Under the pieces are notes generated by a model, which was not told the DNA's origin, did not search any database, and saw only the letters and a list, made by a program, of their open reading frames with translations. Positions 37,067 to 49,700 of a stretch of DNA of 64,000 nucleotides are shown in pieces. How positions within the stretch are numbered: the stretch's first letter is position 1; each line of letters starts with the position of its first letter. The position numbers were made by a program, and so were the translations under genes. Origin of the DNA: Peribolospora baueri (taxonomy: Eukaryota); contig JAMDHS010000084.1 in the NCBI GenBank assembly GCA_029717555.1, forward strand, positions 1 through 64,000. The letters run 5' to 3'.

Positions 37067-39522
37067 ATGGCTTCCCGCAGGCGTGCGACGAAGAAGGGTG
37101 TTTCCTTCTCCCTTATGGTTGTCGGTGCCAGTGGGACGGGCAAGACGTGAGTTCGCCGTCTCGTCGTCTCCATCCTAAGGCGTCCCTTTCTTCCCTGTTC
37201 TTCGCGCTCCCTGCTGCGCCCTCGCACCTGCGTCTTCCGGCCGGCTGCTGGGCGGGAACCCACTTGCGCGACCGGACATCTGGCCTGTTTCCTCTTGCTC
37301 GTCTTCTCGCTCGAGCCTTCGTTGTGCTCCGCTGTCTCGCTTGACGGGCATAGCGTATGCTTTTTTTGAATCTTCTAAAGCATTCCACCGACCTTATACG
37401 GCATTGGAGGCGCAGACCGCTGACTGCTTCTGTCTCTTTCGTCTCGGTTCCTCTCACTCGCCGTTGTCCTCGCCTCTTTCGCGCACTTTTCCGACATCTC
37501 TTACCCACCGTACAGTACCTTCGTCAACACCCTTTGCGACGGCGCCGTGCTCTCGCACAAGGTGTCCGACAACCCCGAGACCGTGCACATCGAGGAGGGC
37601 ATCCGCATCAAGCCCGTCAACGTTGGTGAGCCTCGTTTCGTCGTCCGAAGTTGTCCGCGTTCGTTGGCGACGTGTCTTTCGGGCGTAGGGGACGGTCACG
37701 TCGATCTGGTCTCTCGAGTCGAGTCCTGATGGAAGGCTCGGTTGGAGGCGGACGACGAGCGGCAGCGGGCGGACGGCCTTCTTCTCGCGCACGGAAAAGA
37801 TGATTCATTTAAACCGATGAAGGCCAGCTGGCCCTTTCACCGTGATTTTGAAGCTTTTTTTACCACTTGAGATTACTGATCCGTTGGAGCGAAGAGGAAG
37901 AGGCATCGTCGTTGGCCGACGGCGTGCGAGGAGGCTTGAGCCGCGTCTCATTCGGTGGTTTTCTCCGGTCGGTGGCTGACGCTGCTTTCTCTGCTTTCTC
38001 TCTTCGATTGTCATTCAGAGCTCGAGGAGGATGGCATGCGCATTGGCCTGACCATCGTCGACACGCCTGGCTTCGGCGACAACATCGATAACGAATACAC
38101 GTGAGCATGGACCATCCGCGTGTGTGGCCGTTAACATTTTGGCTGACCTCACACGACCTCGCCGTTCCCGGCCGCGCAGCTTCCAAGAAATCGTGGGCTT
38201 CCTCGAGCGCCAGTACGATGACATCCTCGCCGAGGAGAGCCGCATCAAGCGTAACCCCCGCTTCAGGGACAACCGCGTGCACGCCTTGCTCTACTTCATC
38301 ACCCCCACTGGCCACTCGCTCCGCGAGATGGACATCGAGCTCATGCGCCGTCTCTCGCCTCGCGTCAACGTCATTCCCGTCATCGGCAAGGCTGACACCC
38401 TCACCCACCCCGAGAGGGCGGCTTTCAAGAGGAGGGTGAGTCTCTCGCCGTCCTGTCTCAGGCACATCCATGGTGAGCGGCCTTCGCTGAAGTTTCGGCG
38501 CTTCTTCGTGCACGTCTTCATTGCAGATCATGGAGGACATCGAGCACTACGGCATCCCCATCTACAACTTCCCCTACGACGTCGAGGAGGACGATGAGGA
38601 GACGATCGCGGATAACTCGGAGCTCCGGGTGAGTGAGCGATGGCAGCGTCCCGCTTGCGTACATGGTCCGACCTTGACTCGATTCGCTCTCTACTCACCT
38701 TGGTTCTTCGCAGGCTCTGCTTCCCTTCGCCCTCATCGGCTCGGAGGAAGAGGTGATGATCAACGGCGATGCCGTCCGCGCCAGGAACTACCCGTGGGGT
38801 GTCGTCGAGGTGGACAACCCTCAGCACTCTGACTTCAGCAGGCTCAGGAGCGCTTTGCTCAGGTAAGTTTAATTTGTTTGCCGATCGAATGGCCTCTCAA
38901 TTGCTGACGTTTTCAATGCGCCGTCCGCATCGTCTCTGTTCGCGTCATTCCAGCACGCACCTCACTGACCTCAAGGAGATCACTCATGACTTCCTTTACG
39001 AGAACTATCGTACCGAGAAGCTTTCTAGGACCGTCAACGCGGAGTACCAGTACGTAGCCGGGGCGCAGCACAACTGTTTATTGATTCAAACCGGTTGCTC
39101 TCTGCCGTCCATGGAAGCATTGACTGACGCCTGTCAAACATTTCTCGTCCGTCCTCCCATCATCGCAGGGATACCTCGATCCCCTCGGAAGAGCTCGCGA
39201 ATCAGAGCGTTCGCCTCAAGGAGGAGCAGCTGCGCAGGGAGGAGGACAAGCTGCGCGAGATCGAGCTCAAGGTGCAGAGGGAAATCAACGAGAAGAGGCA
39301 GGAGCTTTTGGCAAAGGAGGAGAGCCTCAGGTGCGTTTTGCCTTGTCCCCTTCTCCTTTCCTCCTTTTCTTTGCTTTCCGCGGGTGGTTGCTGTTTGGAC
39401 TGCTCGATGATTGACTTGAGGTCGTTGGCGAGGTTTGAACGTAACTGACTTGCTCTTCAATTCTCTACTACCGCACCTCCAGGAACCTCGAGGCTAGACT
39501 CGGAGCCCAAGCTCTCGAGTAA
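37067..39522 (+). CDS. CDC11: Septin, Cdc11/AspA group
   Basis: P-loop [60 protein letters not shown] and a C-terminal coiled coil. Confidence 0.92.
37791..37884 (+). ncRNA. Candidate intronic box C/D snoRNA in septin intron 2
   Basis: Terminal stem ACGGA/TCCGT, C-like box AAGATGA (37797-37803), D box CTGA (37876-37879), internal hairpin flanked by D'/C'-like ATGA and GTGATT. Target not identified. Confidence 0.45.
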
Positions 39523-40773
39523 ACTCTTTGTCATATCTTGGACGGAAGTCTCGTTTCCGGCGGTCTTCTCCCCATCCCCCGGTTCCTTCCACGCTACGTC
39601 GAACTTCGTCCTTCCCTTCAGCCCTCTTCATGATTAGTGCGATCTATGAGATCATCTTTCTGGAGCCGGACAACCAAGCATCCAGTCAGCCAAATCCCCA
39701 TTTCGGCGACCCATATATCCCATTTCCACTCGTCTCCCCCGATTGATATTGTCCGTCCGGTATTTCTTTGTCCGGTATTTCTTTGTCCTACCCAGCCTCT
39801 TTTCCTAGAGGTGGTCTCTGTCCTTCGTCTATCTCTACTGGATTTTCTCTCCTTTTCTACATCCCTCCTTTGGCTCTTCTTGTGTTTCATCACCCCGGCG
39901 CAACGCGACCTTGTGGCTCGGACCCGTCCGCGCTGGCCGTCCGAACCGCCGTCTCTCCGAATTGCCGTCTTTTCGACCTTCCTTCGTTCCCTGCTTCCGC
40001 CTTTTCGTACCCTCGTTCCATTTAGTCCTTTAGTTTTTCCCCTCCAGCTCCACCTCCAGTCCAACTCCTTGTCAGGACCCACGCGATAGTCCGCTCTATT
40101 CGTCCGCCTCCCTCCTTCGGTTCGCGAGAAAAATCAGATCAGGTTCCTAAATACGTTCGTTCTCATGCCCGACGACTGCACTTTGGACGAGGTGCTACTT
40201 CGGATTGTAGCTCGACCTGCTTCCGTTGGGCCATATCCTACCTCGTTATCTCTTCCTCCGACCTCCGTGGCAGGAAGACAGATAGACGATGGGCGATGAG
40301 AGGCGATTAGAAGATGGGGTATGTACTCGTACTTGCCCGGCTTAGTCAGCCGCCAAGCGGTCTTTTTCTCATCGGCCCGGACGTCGGGTTCGCACAGCAG
40401 TCTTCCATTCTCCTCCTTGTCATCCTTCCTTCCGACCGACTTGCTTCCCTTCCCTTCCCTCTCCTCGTCCTTCCCTTTCTTCGGCTTCGGCCTCGACTTC
40501 GACTTCGGCGTGGCACAGCTCACAGTTTTCTCCTCTCTACCTGCGTACTTTCTGTTCCTCTCTTGCACCGCTCGAACGTCCTCTGCCTTGCCTCCTACTT
40601 GCCAGAACCTTGCTTGTGGCGGGTCGACCGCCATCACTTCACGAGCTAGCCCGCTTTTCGTCTTTCGGTGAGTGATCTAATGGTTTTTGCGCCAAAGCCT
40701 TCCTATTGATTTTTGTCTGCTGTACCTCTCCCCCTTTCCCCAGCCCTCTGTACTCGGTTTGGCTCCGCTGGCG

Positions 40774-43753
40774 ATGGTGATCAACCGAGCATCTCTCAGG
40801 GCTCTTAGCAGCGTCTGTCTTCAGTCCCGACACGTTCCTCGCAAGATATGCATGACCAGCTCGTCTTTCTCCACCAACGCCACCTCCGCCACCTCCACCG
40901 CGGCCAGGAGTCTTTTCTACACCATCGCCCGCACTTTGCACGTCTCCCAGGCCGTCGTACCTTCCCTCCGCGAAGCACGCCCTCTCTCCACCTCAAGCTT
41001 CGCAACCGACCGGCCTGATCTCCCGATTAACAGGGCTAGGCCGAAACCACGGCCGTCGGGAGCGTCCCGCTCTACGCCACAGTCCCGAGCGGAGAAAGAG
41101 CGAGAGAACACGATCATCTTCGACCGTCCCGCGGTGCCCAATTACAGGCACACGCAGCGATTACGAAGAAAGGTCCGGACGAGGATCGCCGTCGTCCTCG
41201 CTGTCTTGGCGCTCGGCGTGGGGCTTTATGAGGGCGTGCCGGAGGTGAGGTATGGGGTTGTCGCTTTGAAGCGGTGAGTCGCCGTGCCGTTGCATTATCT
41301 GTGTGCGAAGAGGGTATGGGTCGGGATGCGTCCACGTTTGCTCACTGGCCTCCCTCATTTATGCTCCTCACGGCGGTGTTGCTTTGCTGCCCTCTTTCTT
41401 CAATTCCGCAGATGCGCCATCATCGGATCTGCCGTCGTCCTCGACATGCTCGACTACCGTAAGGTGCTGAATGGAAAGTATGCATCGCGCGAGGAGGAAG
41501 TTGCGGAGCTTAGTCGATGCCACAAGCGAAGGTGAGAACTCTCACTGACGTTGTGATAGTCATTGGCCTCGCTTTGTCCATCCTCACACCCGCTCGGATC
41601 CTTCTTCTTCATGTCTGCCAGCGCCCAGCGAGTTCTCGCGGCTCTTCGCCGCCTCGGCGGGATCTACATCAAGCTTGGCCAGCACATGTCGGCTGTCATT
41701 CTCCTGCCCTCAGAATGGACCTCCACTCTTCGGCCGCTCCAAGACCAATGCATGCCCACGCCTCTCCCCGAACTGCGGAAGCTCTTCGTGGCGGAAACGG
41801 GAAAGGACTTGGAAGACCTGTTCTCCGAGTTCGACCCCGAGCCCATCGGCGTCGCATCTCTCGCCCAGGTACACATCGCCAGGGATAAGCGCACGGGGGA
41901 GAAGTTGGCGGTCAAGATCATGCACCCGGAGGTGGAAGAATTTAGTAAGGTCGACCTCATCACCGTCAACGCGCTCGTGAGGATCGTCAAGTGGGCCTTC
42001 CCGCAATTCGAGTTCGTGAGTTGGGGTGGTTTCCGTGTGTCTTAAGGAAGCGTTTCAAGGATTTACTCTGACGGCGGTCTCTGTTGCTCACCTTTGTTCC
42101 GCCTTTCCACCGCGATAGACGTGGCTGGCGGAGGAGATGAACGAGAACCTGCCGCTCGAGATGAACTTTCGTGAGTGCCCCTTCTCATTGCCGGTCTTCA
42201 TTCAGCCTTGCTCAGCGGCTGATCACAGCCAACCCTCGTTTCCTTCTTTTCTTGGGCTCTATTAGGACACGAGGCGGAGAACGCCCAACGCGCCCAACGG
42301 GACTTTAGAGACTTGAAAAAGACCTCGCTCTACATTCCCGAGATCAAATGGGACACAAGACGAGTGTTGGCAATGGAATGTGAGCAAATGTCTCCTGCTC
42401 CGTTTCGGTCGAAGCTGCTTATCGGTCCAGTTCTCACTGTCTCCTTCTCTGGAACATATCTGCATTGCCCTGCGTGACTGCTGTAGATATTGAAGGCGCG
42501 CGCATAGACTCTTTGCCCTACCTCGCCGAGCACAACATCGATCGCAACCGTGTGTCCCAAGAGCTGGCCCACATATTCAACAGAATGCTCTACATCACCT
42601 CGTTTTGGCATGCGGACAGTCATCCAGGTACGTCCCTCCACCCCTATTAAACATGTTGCTTTTCCTGCTCGCCCGCTGATAGGCAATTATATGTTCCATC
42701 TTCTCACCTGACCCGATCCGTTGGCAGGAAACCTCCTTATCCGCCCCGCCCCGCCCGGTAGCCGAAGCCCCTACAACTTTGAGATCGTTCTCCTCGACCA
42801 CGGCCTCTACTTCGACATGGACGCCTCCCTTCGCGTCAATTACGCCAAGTTCTGGCTCAGCCTCATCTTGCCACCTACAGAGAAGACGCAAAAGGCTAGA
42901 AGGCATTATGCAAAGTTGATTGCTAATATCGATGAGGACATGTAGTGAGTTAAGCTTTCGAACGTCTAGATTCCGAACCTGTGTTTCTTATAGTTGACCA
43001 CCCACATTTCGTTACTGTCCGTCGTCGTCACACAGCCCCATCTTGGAATCGGCACTTACAGGCCGAGCGGGTCTAGAAGGCACCAACTTGGCGAAACCGA
43101 CGGCGGCGAAAAGGCGCGCCGCGAGTATGCTCGACCTTTCGGATCAGGATGATGAGGAGGCTGACATGATCCGTCGGACCGTGTTGGAAAAGGAGGGGTT
43201 GTTCGTCAGCATCCTCGACTTGCTAAGGAGGGTGCCGAGGAGGATGCTTATGGTTCTCAAGCTCAAGTGAGTCGTTCGGTTTCAAGTTATTTTTAGTCTC
43301 TGTCCATTCGAGAGTGGCCCTTTCCGTCGTCGCTTACCGCTCTCTGCGCAACCCCTCTTCTCATTTCTCTGTCGTCCACGCTCCAGCGACCTCACCCGTA
43401 ACCTCGACCACTCCCTCCACACGACGCACGGTCCGGCGCGTATCTTCCTCATCGTCGGTCGCTACTGCTCCTTAGCCGTCTGGAGAGATGACCTCTGTCG
43501 CCTCCAAAGTCGACTCAACGTCGAAGGCCTGTCGCTCAGTCTGATCGGCAGCTTCCTAGGCTCCTGGTGGAACTTCGTCTCCATCTACCACGGTCTGCGA
43601 TTCGTCGAGGCGATAAGTGACCTCCGCGCGGGGATTGAGAAGACGCTGCTATGGCTCAAGGGACTAAGGAAAGGTCGGGAAGGTGCGAGGCGCGCTGCTG
43701 CCGGGCTCGCTACCAATGGCACAGCGGAAGGTGCCATGCCTTCCTCAAGCTGA
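40774..43753 (+). CDS. ABC1/UbiB atypical kinase, ADCK1/Mcp2(Cqd2)-like, probably mitochondrial
   Basis: LGGIYIKLGQH (KxGQ), LQD, PIGVASLAQVH, AVKI, HADSHPGN, LLDHGLY and an Arg/Ser-rich presequence-like N-terminus. Start codon uncertain (40774 or 40852). Confidence 0.9.
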
Positions 43754-44042
43754 CGGCGGGCTTGGGAATTGGGAAGGAGCGGCGCGGGTCCTAACATCCA
43801 CCCGGGCGGAGGGAACGAATGAATGCTCATGTCGGCCTCGAGGTTGGCCTCAGTTTTGCGTCGCTTGTCTTCCCATGGAGGGGATCGACTCGACACTGTA
43901 CCCTGTCAATGTTGAATACCTGCTCTAATATAGCATAGAATGCACTTTAAGTAGACGATCCGACCTTGGGACACGAGAATAAGCTTACTGCTTATGGTTT
44001 GGTGGCAAGGGTTCTAGCAAGCAAAACAAAGGGAGACCTCAC

Positions 44043-44733
44043 CGAGCTTTCTCCAAGACACTTGTTGCCTGGCAAGCGCAGCGCAGCCACGAGGCCACGG
44101 GGGTTGACGTCGAGCAACTCTTTCTGTAGGTGAAAAGTCGAGGGGAGAAAAGCGGTCCAGGTCATCCAGGGGGTCGCGCCAAGCCAAGTGAGGATGGGGC
44201 TGTTGAGATGCATAGGAGAGACACTCACAGGTTTGGCGTAAGGGTCCACTTCGACCTGCTCCATCCCAACGCGACGCAGACGCAGACGCAGGACAGGAAA
44301 GGACGACGAGAGAGCAGCATGAAGCGACACCGAAGCGAGAGAATGCAGAGTGTCGTCACAGCTGTGAGCAACGGCGATTCACGTAGCGACAGGGCAAGTT
44401 GCGATACTCGAGCGCCGCCCAGGCGCGCTGAACGAAAGGGCAAAAGCTGAGCGGTTCCGGGGAGAGAGCAGAGCGGGGCGAGTGCGTTCCATCATCGCTC
44501 GCTTGGTTCATCTCCGTCCTGGGGTGGGGGGAAGGGGGGAAATACGTCCCTGACGGACAGAATCACCAAGCGCCGTAGAGAGTCAGCCCTCCCTCCGCTC
44601 CTCCCTCGCGTTCCCTCGCCGTGTCCGCCGCTCGCCCCATAGGCTGGCGGTGGTAGTCTGCGCCCTTTTGCCCCGGCCCCGGCCCCGGCATGCCGGCGCC
44701 GTCTGGCTTGTTCTTCTCGGTCGCGGCGGACAT
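44043..44733 (-). pseudogene. Truncated glutathione S-transferase (omega-like), N-terminal domain only
   Basis: Four exons splice to LTLYGAC|FCPFVQRAWAALEYRNLPCRY|VEVDPYAKP|KELLDVNPRGLVAAL...LGESS. No C-terminal helical domain is found before the convergent kinase stop at 43753. Confidence 0.7.
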
Positions 44734-45199
44734 TGGCTCTTTGGAGGAGGAGATGTGGAGGACGGCGGCTGAACGTAGATTTGTCTGACCTGGGTGGATG
44801 GAGAAGCGCGATCCGAGGCGACATTTTGCGCTCGTACTCATTTCCCCACGTCGGCCCCATCGATCAGCAGCCCGCCCTAAAAGCTGACGTCACATCGCGC
44901 GCACGGACCACCCCGCCCCGCCCGCCACAGCTCCCCAGTCAGTCAGACTAGTCACCTGCCTCATCGACGCGGGCGCTCAGAGCGCTGGTTCGGCAGATCC
45001 CCCTTGCCAGCGTGCGCGCGTTTCTCTCTCCCATTAACCTGCTTCCTTCCTTCCATAGTAGCTGCCGTAACGACACTCAGCCCGTAATTACGGTACACGC
45101 GTGAGGAGCATAGTCGGGACATAAGATAAAAACAAGAAAGGTCGACGCAAGCGGTTCGTAGAGATCGGCACGACGGGCGGCAGAGGGGGCCGGGCGGGG

Positions 45200-46140
45200 A
45201 TGGGAAGAGGGTGCAAACCACCGCCGTTGCTGTGGCCGTTGGCCGCCAGTTCGGCATCCGCACCGTCGTCGTCATCCTGCTCGATGGAGACGCCGAGGTC
45301 GAGGCTGGCACCGAGAGAGATCGAGAGAGAGGCAATGCAAAGGACGTCCCTTGGCCTGGATGGTGGAGGTCGCGGTGGCCGAGGAGGTGGGGACGCCGCT
45401 GGCGTCGATGGCGAGCCAACCAAGGCGTGCTTATTCCGGCCGGTGCTGGTGGGCGTGACGAGGACGATGCCAGAGCCGACGCTGCTCGCGGGTAACGCCC
45501 TGGACGGGGCGGGCGTGCCCAGCTGCGACGCCGCAGGCGCTCCAAGGCCCGCTGTGGGGTTGGCCGTCGCAGGTACACGGATCGGAGCCGGCGCGGGCCC
45601 TGCGGAGGAGCGAGGGGGCCGTCTTGACGGACAAGGGGCGAGGGCGGTCTGGCTTTGCGGGGGCGATGGTGGCGGAGGGCGCCGACGCCGACGTGGGCGC
45701 GAAAGGGGTCGTGGGGCTAGCGGGAACGGTCGCAAGACGGAGGCCGCGGTGAGGGAGGAGCGGCTACGAGACCGGGGGCGGGCGAGCCGGAGGAGGGGCC
45801 CTGCGGGAGGCCCACGCCGGCGGCGATGAGGCCGAGCTGACCGTCGCCCTGCGACGTCAGATGCAGGAAGGAGAGGCCGGGCTAGAGATGGCCGTAGGGG
45901 GCCTGATGGGCTTGCTGTGCGGCCGGAGCAGGGGACGACAGCGAGGCGGCCGAAGTGGTCATGATGCCGACGCCCATTCCCATGTCCCTGTCGATGCCCA
46001 TGCCCAACCCCTCCAACGAGTCGGCGAACGTGAAAAACGAGCCAGCGACGAGGCCGATTGGTAAGAAGGGGTGGGAGCGCGGGCGGGACGAGGCCGGGCG
46101 TCGAAGGCTGATCGATCGGAGGCTGATCGAGGCCCGCAAC
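45200..46140 (-). pseudogene. Possible degraded fragment of a Pro/Ser/Ala-rich protein gene
   Basis: Protein-like segments switch between three frames, with in-frame TGA (45859-45857) and TAG (45766-45764). No recognisable domain. Confidence 0.3.
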
Positions 46141-46438
46141 CGAAGGAGAGGGGTTGACAGAGTCGACTGTCACGACGACGCGGTCAACGCGGGGTCGAGA
46201 CGGGGAGGGACGAGGAGAGACCGGCATCGGCGAAAGCCTTCTGACGGCCACGGATGGGGCTGGGAAATGGCGCTGGGCCACCGATGAGGTGGGAGGGCGC
46301 TAGGAAACGGCGACGTCGTCGCTGGAGCGTGTGGCTCGGCGGGTGCGTTGGAAAAAAAAATTGAGACAAGGTTGGTCTTCCTCCTGAACCTCGCGTATGG
46401 TTGCTACAGGTTGGGGTATTTTGCTGGCGTCGCCATGT

Positions 46439-46584
46439 CCAGTGCAATATTCCACTTCTCGCCTACCGCGGTAATGCAATATTCCACTTTCCGCCGCCCC
46501 CGCCAGTGCAATATTCTACTTCCCACCTCCCGCGCCAGTGCAATCACTTCTCGCCTCCCGCGCCGGTGCAATATTCCACTTCTC
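46439..46584. repeat. Tandem array, about 32-bp unit x5, core TGCAATATTCCACTT
   Basis: TGCAAT cores start at 46443, 46475, 46507, 46539 and 46567 (periods 32, 32, 32, 28). Confidence 0.9.
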
Positions 46585-46764
46585 ACTCAGACACCCAGAA
46601 GTCTAGATCGAAACTGTGTTTCATATTGCCATTAGCGTTTGGTGCCCATGCCTGCTCGAGTTGGCACTCCACACGATGCAAACAGAGATCATGCAAATAG
46701 CGATGTGATCACATTCTTACTTCCACACCCCGCGCGACGTACAAATCGAACAACGTGCACGTCG

Positions 46765-49700
46765 TCATGCGTCCACGTCCATGCCGTCATTCCCAGCAAC
46801 GAACAGAACCCCGCTCTGACCGCTCGCTTGTGCGGCCTCGATTTCCGCGTATAGCCCGCTCTGGAAACGGACAGCGCAAGGCCGACGTTAGTCACATCGT
46901 AGCTCAGCACAGAACGTCCTTCTAGCTGGAGCACACCTTATCTGCGGCCTTCGTCTCTCGGACGAGCTTTGCAAACACTGGCGTAGTCGCTTGAGGCACG
47001 CAGGCCACGTGGACAGATCGGAACAAGTCAGCTTATGGATCATCAGCAAGACAATAAAAGGGCATGGACTCCTACTCGGGCTGCTAAGCTTGCTGAGGAC
47101 GAAGATTGCTCGATATACAGATCGCTGGAGCTCAGCGTGCCTCGCAACCTCCTGCTTCGTCGCAGTGTCCTTTGGCGCCTTCTTCAGCGAGGTCGCGAAA
47201 GCATCGCTCATCTCGTCCAGACCTACGGGCGTAGCAATGTTGGTAGTCAGTCCCGGCGAGCACCTGCGAGCAAAAACGTTGGTGGCACGTGGAGCACTCA
47301 CGTTGAGCGACGGCGGTCGGGGCAACGGCAGCAAGGCGAACCAGGCAGATATGCGACAGAATCTTGATGCCATCGTCGTCTTTCAGGCCTTGGGAGACGC
47401 GAGATAGGAATTCGTGCACGTCGATTTTGCTGAGGCAGGTGTCCAGAAGGGTATACATCGTCTCGAATGCGCTCTAGGACAGTTAGACGGATAAGCGAGT
47501 AATCGTCAAGAAATTGTTGACAGTGACCGAGGAGGCTGGGAACGACCGATTCTCACCTTGCGGAGGTCCAAACCATCATCGACTTCGATTTTGAAGGGAC
47601 CCATCTCGACGATATGGACGAGCTCCTGAAACACCACAAGCCCGGCCAATGAGCTTGGTACAAACCATGATACAGCGAAGAAAAGAACAGTTCACCTTTT
47701 TGACTTCAGTCTCTTTGTATAGCAAGGGCAAAAGAGTGGGAAGATGGTCGCGGATTAAGTGCGGCTTATTTTTTGCTGCCGAGTTCAAGGAGGCCAGGGC
47801 GTGGCGACGGACATCCTGTAAAATATTTCACGTCCACCATGATCAACAAATGTCATGCGCTTGCAGCGATATGGATAAAAGCAGAAGGCACTCACAAGAT
47901 CTTCATCTCGCATCAACGAAAGAAATTCCACGATCAGTGGAGCAAGAAGCTCGTCATATGAAGATGAAGCCTCGGTGAGTGTGTAACGAACAGCGGCGAT
48001 AACGGTGGCACGCATCATCGCGGAAGGCGATTGCAAGCGTTCCTGACATTGTACCGTGTATGTGGCGAGTAAGAGATTCGCCGAGGTGAGCAAACCTGCA
48101 AAGCCACTCATCAACACTTGCGAAAAACGACGCACCTGTAGCTGAACGAGGTACTTGGACGGGTTGCTGAGTGTCAAGCGGCCCAGGCATTCAGACCCAA
48201 TATTACGCGTCCCCTCTTCCTGCGCTTCACTGTTGTCGAAGAGAGGAACCCAAATGGTGTCGGCCACACTCTCAAGCGCTTCCGGAGAGCAATGTGTGAT
48301 GACCTGCGGCAGATTCAGACAAAGACAATTAAGCTCTGCAGGCCTCTGCGATGATGCTTGGCGTTTGGCGGTAACTGACTTCTTTAATGGCATGCAATGA
48401 CAGATAGCGCTTTCTGTCATCGGATCTGACTTGCTCCAGGATGACTGGCAGGTACTTGTCCAGACTTCCAACCGCCATGTTACCTAGAAGGCAGCAAGAA
48501 GGGGAAAATGCTCAATGATAGCTCCAGGCCAGGAAATCCAGACTCGAATGCTCACCGACGGTAAAGGCAGCCGCGCTTTTGACTTCCTCGGAGTCGGCAT
48601 CATACAGGTCTAGCGCGCCTTCGAAAAGATCTTCTCGGCCAGCAAAGTCGCTGTAGAAGGAGACAACACAGAGCCAACAGAGTTAATCAAGCAAACCACA
48701 TGCGCAAACTAAGCGCGCAGAAGCCACTCACTGGAATCGACCGATTTCGCCGAGAACGAGCAAGCTCAAAAATACCTGCGCCTGGCTCCCCTTCCTTGCC
48801 TTTGTTCGTGACCAGTTCATTTATCAGTGAAAAGTTCTGAACGCTCCGCAAATGTAGGAAACGCACCTTCATAACCTTGGCCATGTCATCAATCACCGGA
48901 TCCACTATCTCCGGTACCGCTTCCAAGATCGCACCCACGGAGCGCGCCACAGTCGTATACGCCTGTGTGTTTCGGGCAGCTGTGCCCTTAGCTGTCTCAA
49001 CGGACTCCATAAGGGAGTAGATAACTTGTGAGGCGATAGCAGGCTTGGCAGTGACGACAGCGTGGAAGAAGTTCAGCAGCGCGTCCAGGGCGGGTCCTTG
49101 TATAAGAGGCGACTGAACAAGCGTATAGCTCGCGGGAAGAAGGCGTGTCTCGACATCCGATATGGAGGAAGGTTCATTACTGATTATCATGGCAGGGACA
49201 TTGAGAGCCGCCGGAAGGAGGTGAAGGTCGCCTTCGCTGATCATTGGCTGCAGCTCCGCGATGATTTGCTTTGACGTCGCCGGCGACAGGTTGGAGCCGC
49301 TTCTGGTGAATGCAGATCCCGCTTCAGCATCGCTGTCTCACTTATATGCTTGGACTGATGATGAGCTCACCTCTTCAGCAATGCTCGAAGAGCGTCGAAC
49401 ACGGCAATCTTGAGCTGTCGATTACTCTTGCGAAGGAGGCCAGCAATTTCGGCCAGGCATTCTTGGACGAAAGCCTCAAATGCAGGCCCCTGATGTATAG
49501 GGGTCTTGACGACCTCGGCCACGACCTTGACAGTGGTGTATCGTGTAACCTCGTTCTTGAGGCGGTCGAGGAGAAAAGGTAGACAAACGTTGTACGACTC
49601 CACGAGCTCATCACCGGCGTATGCGAGCAGGTCGCCAAGACAGGCGATGCCGCGCTCCTTCACCTCCTGATCGGTATCGGGACGCTTCAAACGCTGGATA

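Noticed and set aside
37340..37425. Possible second snoRNA in septin intron 1
   Set aside because: AT-richer patch, but no convincing C box or terminal stem; the CTGA present is probably the branch point.
40134..40671. ORFs upstream of the ABC1 kinase
   Set aside because: Pyrimidine-rich leader; the likely intron 40668-40743 does not join the plus-strand ORF in frame to the kinase.
43751..43823. TGA-CGG readthrough context at the ABC1 kinase stop
   Set aside because: The extension has no targeting signal such as a PTS1, and the context is common in GC-rich DNA.
46439..46584. CRISPR-like repeat/spacer appearance
   Set aside because: Linkers are only about 15 nt and resemble each other, there are no cas genes and the context is eukaryotic; it is a tandem repeat.
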